From positions 32,207 through 96,206 of the forward strand of contig JAXHUE010000002.1 in assembly GCA_034189655.1 (NCBI GenBank): DNA of 64,000 bases, read 5' to 3'. Below the pieces are notes generated by a model. It searched no databases. It was not told the origin of the DNA and was given only the letters and a program-made list of their open reading frames with translations. How positions within the stretch are numbered: the stretch's first letter is position 1; every line of letters starts with the position of its first letter. The stretch comes from Chloroflexota bacterium (GTDB taxonomy: Bacteria > Chloroflexota > Dehalococcoidia > E44-bin15). Below are positions 39,200 through 47,621 of the stretch, piece by piece. The translations under genes were made by a program, and so were the position numbers.

Positions 39200-40045
39200 A
39201 TGGAAGTTGACCTCCACATGCACAGCACGGCCTCGGATGGCGCCTTGAGGCCGGCAGAACTGGTGGGCCTGGCGGCACAGCGGGGGCTCAAGATCATTGC
39301 CATCACCGACCACGACTCCGTGGACGGCATAGAGGAGGCCCTGGAGGCCGCGAAGCGCTACCCCTCTCTCACCGTGATACCTGGGGTAGAGATAAACACC
39401 GATATACCACACGGCGAGGTACACATACTGGGCTATTTCGTGGACTACCAGGACCAGGGACTGAGAGAGGCCCTGGTGCGCCTGCGCTCGGCGCGTGAGC
39501 TGAGGGCGCACAAGATGATAGACAAGCTGAACGACATGGGGCTGGGCGTGGACTGGGGCCGGGTCGAGGAGTTTGCCAGCGGCGGCTCTGTGGGCCGGCC
39601 GCACATAGCGCAGGCCATGCTGGAGCGGGGCCACATATCCTCGATGCAGGAGGCCTTCGAGAAGTACATCGGGCGCGAGGGGCCCGCCTATGCCGAGAGA
39701 GAGAAGCTCACCCCCGCGGAGGCCGTGGAGCTGGTGGTGAGGGCGAGGGGACTCCCTGTGCTGGCCCACCCCGCGGACATCGACGGCCTGGAGGGGCTGG
39801 TGCGACAACTCAAGGAGGTGGGGCTGGTGGGGATGGAGGTATACTACGATGGGTACAAGAGCGAGACCATCAGGGGGTTGCTGAGGATGGCGGACAGGCA
39901 TGGCCTCATTCCCAGTGGCGGCTCCGACTATCACGGGCTGCGCGATGACCGTGAGACACTGCCCGGCGGCGTGGACGTGCCCCTGTCCAGTGCCCAGCGG
40001 CTGATGGCACTGGCGAGACAGCGCTCATTGGAGGTAACGCCGTGA
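39200..40045 (+). CDS. PHP-domain metal-dependent phosphoesterase
   Basis: MEVDLHMHSTASDG...ITDHD PHP motifs. Confidence 0.85.
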   Translation: MEVDLHMHSTASDGALRPAELVGLAAQRGLKIIAITDHDSVDGIEEALEAAKRYPSLTVIPGVEINTDIPHGEVHILGYFVDYQDQGLREALVRLRSARELRAHKMIDKLNDMGLGVDWGRVEEFASGGSVGRPHIAQAMLERGHISSMQEAFEKYIGREGPAYAEREKLTPAEAVELVVRARGLPVLAHPADIDGLEGLVRQLKEVGLVGMEVYYDGYKSETIRGLLRMADRHGLIPSGGSDYHGLRDDRETLPGGVDVPLSSAQRLMALARQRSLEVTP

Positions 40046-40941
40046 TTGCGTGGCGCAGGCAGTCGGTGTTCTTCGTCGCCGGCGAGACAAGGCTGCATGG
40101 CGAGCTCCTTCTGCCCAAGGGCAAAGGGCCGTTCCCCGGCGTCGTCCTCTGTCACGGGCTGGGGACCGACCACCGTGCCATGAGGCCCACGGCGCAGCGG
40201 CTGGTGCGAGAGGGCATCGCCACGCTGGCCATCGACTTTCACGGCCATGGCTTGAGCGAGGGGGTGTTCGAAGGGGAGGGGGCACGCGACGTGAACGCTG
40301 CCCTCGATTATATGAGCAGCCACTCCATGGTGGACCCCGCGCACGTCGCGCTGGTGGGGCACAGCATGGGCTCGACGGCGGCGATCCAGGCCGCCACCGG
40401 CAGAGAGGACATCTGCGCCCTGGTCTCACTCTCCAGCCCGTCCGACATGGTCGAGCACTACGATAATGTTGACCAGATAGTGTCCAGGCTGTTGCACAGT
40501 GCCGAGCGAAGGAAGGACGGAATCATCGAGCTGCCTCGTGCCGGTCCCATGCCTGGGATGAGTGGTCTCCAGGGTGTCATATCGGTGCTCTGGATGTGGG
40601 TGCGCGGCTACCGGCTGCGCATCCACATGGTGAATGCGTTCACGCGCATGATGAGGCTCAAGCCGTCCAGGTCGCTTGAGAGGATGGGCGCCTTTCCCAA
40701 GCTGTTCGTTCACTGCGAGGGTGATAAGCTCGCCCCTTACCAGGGTGCCCTGAGCCTCTTCGAGAGGGCCAGGCCGCCCAAGGATATCCTGCTGCTGAAG
40801 GGGGGCACCCATGCCTCTCCGCTCATGCCGGGAAGGCTCAGGAAGAGATGGATAGGCTGGCTCGTCTCCGTCTTGAAGCGGGAAAGCGCTACGGGGGAGG
40901 TGAAACCAGTATCGGGGGATAGCCTATGTGGTGGCAGGTAG
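40042..40941 (+). CDS. Alpha/beta hydrolase (dienelactone-hydrolase-like)
   Basis: GHSMGS nucleophile elbow. GTG start overlapping the previous stop. Confidence 0.75.
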   Translation: MIAWRRQSVFFVAGETRLHGELLLPKGKGPFPGVVLCHGLGTDHRAMRPTAQRLVREGIATLAIDFHGHGLSEGVFEGEGARDVNAALDYMSSHSMVDPAHVALVGHSMGSTAAIQAATGREDICALVSLSSPSDMVEHYDNVDQIVSRLLHSAERRKDGIIELPRAGPMPGMSGLQGVISVLWMWVRGYRLRIHMVNAFTRMMRLKPSRSLERMGAFPKLFVHCEGDKLAPYQGALSLFERARPPKDILLLKGGTHASPLMPGRLRKRWIGWLVSVLKRESATGEVKPVSGDSLCGGR

Positions 40942-41618
40942 TTCTGCTGATCGTGGGTGCCTACGTCATCGGCTCGATACCTTCGGCATACATCGCCGGC
41001 CGCATACTGAGGGGCATAGATATACGCAAGCACGGCAGCGGGACCGTGAGCGGCACCAACGTGTGGCACTCGGTGTCCCGCTGGGCGATGTTCCCGGTGG
41101 GGATATTCGATATCTTAAAGGGCATGGCGCCGGTGGGCATCGCCTACCTGACGGGGATGACCCTGCTGGGAGACCCGATACTGGCGCAGGGGCTGGTGGG
41201 CCTGGCCGCCATCGCTGGCCACTCGTGGTCGGTCTTCATAGGCTTCAGTGGCGGGCGGGGCATCGCCACCATGATGGGCGTCCTCTTCGTCATCGCCCCG
41301 TGGGAGCTGCTGGTATTCATTGTGCTGTGGGTGCTCTGCATACTCCTCTTCAGGAACTCGCCGCTTGGCGCCATCATCGCCATCGCGTCTCTCCCTGTCG
41401 CCAGTTGGGCCATCGGGGAGCCCGTTGTGCTCACCTACATCCTCATTGCGGTGCTGTTCCTCATGATGGCGAAGAGGATAATGGCCAACCCCGGGGACCT
41501 CGTCACCGACTGGAAGCGGGTGGTGGTATACCGCCTGCTCCTCGACAGGGACATCCCCGATCGCACTGCCTGGATATATCGCGACCACGCCGACAACGAT
41601 AAGAACGCAGAGAAATGA
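40926..41618 (+). CDS. plsY: Glycerol-3-phosphate acyltransferase PlsY
   Basis: IGSIPSAYIAGR...GSGTVSGTNV...ILKG motifs and 5-6 TM helices. Confidence 0.85.
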   Translation: MWWQVVLLIVGAYVIGSIPSAYIAGRILRGIDIRKHGSGTVSGTNVWHSVSRWAMFPVGIFDILKGMAPVGIAYLTGMTLLGDPILAQGLVGLAAIAGHSWSVFIGFSGGRGIATMMGVLFVIAPWELLVFIVLWVLCILLFRNSPLGAIIAIASLPVASWAIGEPVVLTYILIAVLFLMMAKRIMANPGDLVTDWKRVVVYRLLLDRDIPDRTAWIYRDHADNDKNAEK

Positions 41619-42079
41619 GGTGCCCTGACCACCCCGGCGTCGAGACCAACCTCGCGTGTGGGCGGTGCGGTCGGCCCATATGTCCCCAGTGCATGGTGGA
41701 GACGCCAGTGGGGATGCGCTGCCCCACCTGTGCCCGGAAGAGGCGTCTGCCCACGTACGATGTCTCTCCCCGGCACTACCTGATAGCGTCGGGGGTGGGA
41801 CTGGTGGTTGCCGCGGCCTGCGGCATCATATGGGCCTTCATCCCCCTGGGTGGGTTCTTCTCGATACTCATCGCCCTGGCCGTCGGTCTGGCCATAGGAG
41901 AGGCCGTAAGCCGCTCGATAAACCGCAAGCGGGGCATCGGCCTCCAGGTAATCGGCGGCGCCGCCATGGTGGCGAGCTACGCCATCAGCAACCTGTACCA
42001 CATGGCGTACGCCGCCAGCCTCTACGGGCTTCTCGCCCTCGCCGCGGGCATCGTCGTCGTCGTCTTGAGGCTCCGCTAG
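41615..42079 (+). CDS. Membrane protein with N-terminal B-box-type zinc ribbon
   Basis: CPDHPGVETNLACGRCGRPICPQC...CPTC, followed by 3 TM helices. Confidence 0.6.
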   Translation: MRCPDHPGVETNLACGRCGRPICPQCMVETPVGMRCPTCARKRRLPTYDVSPRHYLIASGVGLVVAAACGIIWAFIPLGGFFSILIALAVGLAIGEAVSRSINRKRGIGLQVIGGAAMVASYAISNLYHMAYAASLYGLLALAAGIVVVVLRLR

Positions 42080-42130
42080 GGCGCGCCGCGACGGCAGTGC
42101 CCGGCCTCTCTTGCCGTGAGATGAGCGGCG

Positions 42131-42904
42131 CTACCTGCCCTTGAACTCCGGCTTTCGCTTCTCTATGAAGGCCCGCATCCCCTCCATGCGGTCCTCGCTG
42201 CTCAACAGGGTGGCGGCAGACTTGGACTCGTATTCCAGTGCCTCGAGGAGGCTCATCTGCATGCCCACGTTGACGCAGTACTTGAGCGCGCGCAGGGAGA
42301 GCGGCGGCCTCTCGGCGAGCTCGGCGGCCCATTTCTTGGCCTCTGCAATGAGCTCCTCCGGGGCCACCACCTTGTTCACCAGCCCGATGGTGTAGGCCTC
42401 CTCGGCGCCGATGCGGTTGCCGAAGTACAGGAACTCCTTGGCCCTGCCCGGCCCGATGAGGCGGGGCAGCCTCGCCGTGCCACCGCCGGCGGGGATGACG
42501 CCCAGCTTCACCTCGCCCAGCCCGAAGGTGGCGGCGGTGGACGCGATGCGGAAGTCGCAGCACAGTGCGAGCTCCAGGCCGCCGCCGTTGCAGGCCCCGT
42601 TTATGGCGGCTATCACCGGCTTTGACACGTCCTCCAGCTTGTTGAAGAAGGTATAGCGTCGGCCGATGGGGAGCGGCTTGGCCGTGGGGTCGGTGAGCTC
42701 CTTGATGTCGGCCCCGGCGCAGAAGCCCCTCCCGGCGCCGGTTAAGACCAGCACCCGCACCTCAGGATCGTCGAAGGCCTCGTCTACCAGCGCCTCCAGG
42801 TCGACGGCGAGCTGGTAGTTGATGGCGTTCAGGCGGTCCTCCCGGTTGAGGGTGACCATGCCGATGCCTTCTTCCTTCTGGTAGATCAGGGTTTGGTATG
42901 CCAT
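42131..42904 (-). CDS. Enoyl-CoA hydratase/isomerase (crotonase) family protein
   Basis: 257 aa. GAGRGFCAGADIKE oxyanion-hole motif. RBS AAGGAGG. Confidence 0.9.
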   Translation of the reverse strand: MAYQTLIYQKEEGIGMVTLNREDRLNAINYQLAVDLEALVDEAFDDPEVRVLVLTGAGRGFCAGADIKELTDPTAKPLPIGRRYTFFNKLEDVSKPVIAAINGACNGGGLELALCCDFRIASTAATFGLGEVKLGVIPAGGGTARLPRLIGPGRAKEFLYFGNRIGAEEAYTIGLVNKVVAPEELIAEAKKWAAELAERPPLSLRALKYCVNVGMQMSLLEALEYESKSAATLLSSEDRMEGMRAFIEKRKPEFKGR

Positions 42905-43207
42905 GCTCTAACCTCCTTTTATATCCAGGGTCTATCCCCTCTCCCCTCGCCTTCTGCCCCCGCGCCGGCGTGCCGGCGGCTGTAAATCTACAGGATTTCA
43001 CTGCCGAAGTCAATATAGCCACTCCCGCGGCCACCGGCCACCCGCCCGGATGCAGCCGCCCCGCTTGACAGACCACCGGCCTGGGATTAATCTAGTCCAT
43101 GTCCGAGATGGGGGGCAGGTCATGTGTGTGATTTAGAGAGGAGGTGCGCGCAACTGGTTACCACAACGTACTACGGAGACGTGCATATTCCAAGAAAGGA
43201 GAAGTAA

Positions 43208-44422
43208 GTGGCAGAACAGGTGCTATCAGATGTCAAAGTGCTGGACGTCACCCAGCACATCGCTGGCCCCTACTGCACCAAGCTGCTCGCTGACTATGGG
43301 GCGGAGGTGATCAAGGTGGAGAGGCCCGGTCAGGGAGACCCGGCGCGCCGGCTGGGCCCTTTCTACGGCGATGAGCCTCACCCTGAGAAGAGCGGGCTGT
43401 TCGCCTATCTCAACACCAACAAGAAGGGCATAACACTGAACTTGGAGAGCGAGTGGGGCAAGAGGCAGTTCAAAGAGTTGGTAAAAGATGTCGATATCCT
43501 GGTAGAGAATTTCCCTCCCCGCGTGATGCCGGGTCTGGGCCTGGACTACAGCGTCCTGGAGCAGATAAATCCCAGGCTGGTCATGACCTCTATCAGCGAC
43601 TTCGGCCAGAGCGGTCCCTACCGGGACTACAAGGCATCGGAGATAATCATATACGGCATGGGCGGTGCCATGTTCTGCAACGGCCTGCCCGAGGAGGCGC
43701 CGCTCAAGAAAGGGCTCACGGTCACCCTGTTCCAGGGTGGGGTCATGGCGGTGGTGGCCACTATGATGGCGTTCCTCCTCGCCAGGGAGAGTGGCAGCGG
43801 CCAGCACGTCGATGTCTCCCTCTACGAGACCCAGATGGGCACCATAGACCGCCGCATGAGCCAGCTCATCGTGTACCAGTACAACAAGGCGGTGACCTAT
43901 CGTGCTGACCCATCGGTGAGGAGGATGTTCCCCTTCGGCATATACCCCTGCGACGACGGCCACTTCGAGCTGGCGGCGGTGGGCAACCTGTGGCCCGCCG
44001 TGGGCAGGATGATGGACATGCCGGAGCTCATCGAGGACCCGCGGTTCTCCAACATCATAGCCCAGATGACGCCGGGGCACCGCGATCAGTTCGACGAGAT
44101 ATGGTACCCCTGGATAATAGAGCGCACCAAGAAGGAGATCGTCACCAAGGGTCAGGAGGGCGGAGCCCTCTGCGGCCCGCTGGCCACCATGGAGGAGGTG
44201 GTGAACGACCCTCACTTCAACGCCCGTAACTACTTCCGCGAGATAGAGCACCCCGTGATCGGGAAGGTCACCTACCCCGGCCCACCCATTAACAGCGGCT
44301 CGCTGCCCTGGGAGATCAGGAGCGCCGCCCCACTCCTAGGCCAGTACAACGAAGAGGTCTATGGCCGGCTGGGCTACTCCAGGGAGGACCTGGTCGCCTT
44401 AAAGGGCCAGGGGCTCATCTAG
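43208..44422 (+). CDS. Family III CoA-transferase (CaiB/BaiF), subunit 1 of a tandem pair
   Basis: 404 aa. N-terminal VLDVTQHIAGPYCTKLLADYGAEVIKVE and conserved Asp region typical of CoA_transf_3. Confidence 0.9.
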   Translation: MAEQVLSDVKVLDVTQHIAGPYCTKLLADYGAEVIKVERPGQGDPARRLGPFYGDEPHPEKSGLFAYLNTNKKGITLNLESEWGKRQFKELVKDVDILVENFPPRVMPGLGLDYSVLEQINPRLVMTSISDFGQSGPYRDYKASEIIIYGMGGAMFCNGLPEEAPLKKGLTVTLFQGGVMAVVATMMAFLLARESGSGQHVDVSLYETQMGTIDRRMSQLIVYQYNKAVTYRADPSVRRMFPFGIYPCDDGHFELAAVGNLWPAVGRMMDMPELIEDPRFSNIIAQMTPGHRDQFDEIWYPWIIERTKKEIVTKGQEGGALCGPLATMEEVVNDPHFNARNYFREIEHPVIGKVTYPGPPINSGSLPWEIRSAAPLLGQYNEEVYGRLGYSREDLVALKGQGLI

Positions 44423-44437
44423 GTAAGGAGGAAGGAA

Positions 44438-45742
44438 ATGGCTAAACTACCGCTGGAAGGCGTGAGGGTAGTGGAGGTCTGCCCCATATGGGCGGGCCCG
44501 TTCGCCTGCATGCTTTTAGCCGACTGGGGGGCCGAGGTCATCCGCGTGGAGTCCAGGTACCACTTCCCGGTGTATACCCGCGGCGTGCTCGCCCGTCCCC
44601 CGATACAGCTCGCAGAGCAGACACCGTCCGGCTATGCCGCCTACTGCCTCGAGGGGTACGACCCTCAAAAGGCGTTGAACCAGTTCGTGCTCTTCAATGC
44701 CCACGCCCGCAACAAGCTGGGGATGACCGTTGACTTGAGGCGGCCCGAGGGCAAGGACATATTCAAGAGGCTGGTCAAGGTGAGTGACATAGTCATAGAG
44801 AGCCAGTCCCCGCGGGTGATGGAGGAGCTGGAGCTCACCTACGACGCGCTCAAGGAGGTGAACCCCAGTCTCATCATGGTCTCGCTGCCCGCCTTCGGGC
44901 AGACCGGGCCCTACAAGTACTACCGGGCGCTGGGGGCCCACCAGGAGGGGTTCGTGGGCCATACCTACCTGCGGGGGTATGCCGACCGCGACCTCAGCAA
45001 CAACGTCACCCTGTACCAGACCGACGAGACCGGCGGGGCCACCTGCGCCTTCGCCGCCCTCATGGCCCTGCACAAGAGGCGGCGCACCGGCGAGGGCATG
45101 TACGTGGACATGAGCCAGTCCGAGGCCACCATCTCCATCCTGGCACAGGCGGTGATGGACTACACCATGAACGGCCGCGTCACGGAGCGGATGGGCAACC
45201 GCGACTACCACGGGGCCATCCAGGGCTGCTACCGCTGCTGGGGCCGGGACGACTGGGTCTGCATCACCATAAACAGCGAAGAGGAGTGGGATGGCTTCGT
45301 GCGCGCCCTGGGCGAGCCCCAGTGGGCCGCGGACGATAAGTTCTCCGACCACGTGCTGCGCCTGAAGAACCACGACGAGCTCGACCGCCACATCGAGGCG
45401 TGGACCCGCCAGCACGAAAAGTACGAGGTGATGCACCTGCTCCAGGCGGAGGGTGTGCCCGCGGGACCGGTGCTGGACGAGCGGGATGCCTACACCGACC
45501 CCCACATGAGGGAGCGGGGTTTCTTCCAGGAGCTCACCCAGGCCGACTGCGGCACCCACCTCTACCCGGGGCTGCCCTGGCGCATGAACAAGACCCCCAA
45601 CGAGGTCAAGAGGCCCCCGGTGCGCTTCGGGGAGCACAACGAGTACGTGTACAAGCAGGTCATCGGGGTGTCTGACGAAGAGTACCAGTTCCTGGAGAAG
45701 GAGGGCCACATCGGCACACACTACATCCCGGAGATGTTCTAG
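44438..45742 (+). CDS. Family III CoA-transferase (CaiB/BaiF), subunit 2 of a tandem pair
   Basis: 434 aa. VVEVCPIWAGPFACMLLADWGAEVIRVE. 15-nt spacer with RBS AAGGAGGAAGG after the previous gene. Confidence 0.9.
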   Translation: MAKLPLEGVRVVEVCPIWAGPFACMLLADWGAEVIRVESRYHFPVYTRGVLARPPIQLAEQTPSGYAAYCLEGYDPQKALNQFVLFNAHARNKLGMTVDLRRPEGKDIFKRLVKVSDIVIESQSPRVMEELELTYDALKEVNPSLIMVSLPAFGQTGPYKYYRALGAHQEGFVGHTYLRGYADRDLSNNVTLYQTDETGGATCAFAALMALHKRRRTGEGMYVDMSQSEATISILAQAVMDYTMNGRVTERMGNRDYHGAIQGCYRCWGRDDWVCITINSEEEWDGFVRALGEPQWAADDKFSDHVLRLKNHDELDRHIEAWTRQHEKYEVMHLLQAEGVPAGPVLDERDAYTDPHMRERGFFQELTQADCGTHLYPGLPWRMNKTPNEVKRPPVRFGEHNEYVYKQVIGVSDEEYQFLEKEGHIGTHYIPEMF

Positions 45743-45769
45743 CACCTCTCCAGGGACGGGTTGATAGCG

Positions 45770-45810
45770 AGGCCGCCATCGGTGCACAGGCTACCTGCCG
45801 ATGGCGGCCT
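45770..45810. terminator. Bidirectional terminator hairpin (13-bp perfect stem) between the CoA-transferase pair and the nitroreductase
   Basis: AGGCCGCCATCGG-15 nt loop-CCGATGGCGGCCT, followed by TTCC. Confidence 0.6.
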
Positions 45811-45841
45811 TTCCATGCCTGCCTGGGGCTTTAAGCCCTCT

Positions 45842-46510
45842 CTAGTCGAAGCCGTACCAGGTGGTGAACGCCTTCACGGGCTCGCGCGCGCTCACCAGCT
45901 TGTTCGCCGGGAAGTCCCAGTCGGGATAGCCGATGGCGATGGAGATGGTGAGCAGCTTGGAGCGGGGTATGCCGGTGTGCCTTCGCACCACGTCGGGGTA
46001 CATGACGCCCTGGGCGGCGATGCAGGTGCCCAGGCCGTAGCTCATCGCGACCAGGCATATGGTCTGGGTGAAACAGCCGATATCGAACTGGGTGCGCGCC
46101 ATGCCCACCGAGCTATCGGCGGAGATGATGAGCGCCGCCGGGGCATCGAAGAAGCGGAAGCCGCGCTGCGTCCACTCCGCACGCTTCTCTTTGTCCTCGC
46201 GGGAGATCCCCATGAGCCCGAAGAGCTGGATGGCCAGGTCTACCTGGCGCTGGCGGTAGACCCCTTCTAAAGGGGGAAGGGGGACGTCGGTATCGGGCAT
46301 GGTGCCCTGGGCTATCGCGGCCACGTTGTCCCGCTTGATGGCCTCCAGCACCTCGCCGGCGATGACCGCCACCTCCCAGGGCTGCGAGTTGAGCGCCGAG
46401 GGGGAGCGCGTGGAGATGTCCAGTATCTCCTGTAGCACCTCTCTGGGCACCGGGTCCGGCTTGAAGGCCCTCACGCTTATTCGCCCCTTTATCGCCTCTA
46501 TGACGTCCAT
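45842..46510 (-). CDS. Nitroreductase-family flavoprotein
   Basis: 222 aa. RISVRAF...SALNSQPW nitroreductase signature. Confidence 0.85.
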   Translation of the reverse strand: MDVIEAIKGRISVRAFKPDPVPREVLQEILDISTRSPSALNSQPWEVAVIAGEVLEAIKRDNVAAIAQGTMPDTDVPLPPLEGVYRQRQVDLAIQLFGLMGISREDKEKRAEWTQRGFRFFDAPAALIISADSSVGMARTQFDIGCFTQTICLVAMSYGLGTCIAAQGVMYPDVVRRHTGIPRSKLLTISIAIGYPDWDFPANKLVSAREPVKAFTTWYGFD

Positions 46511-46671
46511 GGCAGCACCTTTCCGAGCCCTTCATCGTCGGGCAAAAGATGTGCCCATGGTATCATCTCCGGGGAGGGCACGTCAACGCGGTGGTGGGGC
46601 GTGGGGGGGTGCTGGACAGTGCCCGGCCCGTGGCCTTATAGTGTCATCGATGCCAGACAAGGAGGGAGAGG

Positions 46672-47505
46672 ATGATCAGTGTTGCTGATGGGGTGTACGT
46701 GGAGACCTCGTTCCCCGGCGCCAACGTGGGCTGTGTAGTCACCGAGCAGGGGGTGGTAGTCATCGATACCCCCATGCTCCCTGAAGAGGCCGACACACTG
46801 CGCCGTGAGCTTGGGCGGCTGACCCAGAGGGAGGTCGCATACGTGGTCTACACCCACCAGCACTTCGACCACGTCATGGGCGCAGCCTACCTCACGCGGC
46901 GCGCCATCGCCTGCAGTGCCGCGGTGAGCGGCATTGCCCGCCTCAGGACCGGCCTTGAGAGCGAGCTCTCGCTCTTCTCGCCAGACCTCTATCGCGAGAG
47001 GAAGGAGATGTTCGATGGCCTGGACATCGTTCTCCCCCAGATAACATTCGACACCGAGCTGGGCATGCACATGGGCGATGCCGACCTCGCGCTGTCCTTC
47101 GTCGGCGGTCACTCCTCGGCCTCCATCATCATCCACGTGCCCCAGGCGCGGGTGCTGTTCGCCGGCGACAACGTGGTGACCGGGCAGCTCCCGGTTACCG
47201 CCAACGGCAGGTTCGGCCCGTGGATAGCGCTGCTTGAGCGCATCGAGGGGATGGAGCTGGACGTCATCGTCCCGGGACATGGTGAGGTGTGTGGAAAAGA
47301 CGGGGTGAGTGCCATACGCCGCTACTTCGAGGCGATGCGCGACCGGGTGCGGGAGATGGCTGGCGCCGGGGCGAGCAGGGAAGACGTGGCGCAGGGGATA
47401 GACCTGCGCGATTGCCTGCCTGTCCCCGTGAGCGAGGAGGCGACTGCGCAGGCCGCCTTCGACGCCGCTCGCATGTACGACCAGATGGCCAAGGGACTGC
47501 TGTAG
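46672..47505 (+). CDS. MBL-fold metallo-hydrolase
   Basis: YTHQHFDH (HxHxDH) motif. RBS AAGGAGGGAGAGG. Confidence 0.85.
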   Translation: MISVADGVYVETSFPGANVGCVVTEQGVVVIDTPMLPEEADTLRRELGRLTQREVAYVVYTHQHFDHVMGAAYLTRRAIACSAAVSGIARLRTGLESELSLFSPDLYRERKEMFDGLDIVLPQITFDTELGMHMGDADLALSFVGGHSSASIIIHVPQARVLFAGDNVVTGQLPVTANGRFGPWIALLERIEGMELDVIVPGHGEVCGKDGVSAIRRYFEAMRDRVREMAGAGASREDVAQGIDLRDCLPVPVSEEATAQAAFDAARMYDQMAKGLL

Positions 47506-47621
47506 GGTGCCCCCTGCTCTTCGTCCAGCCTGCGGCGGGTATTGACGTGGGTGGTGGCAGGGGATAAGATTAGCTACAGTATGCTCGAACGTTGCCCGCA
47601 GCAATTACGTACGTGCCCGCG

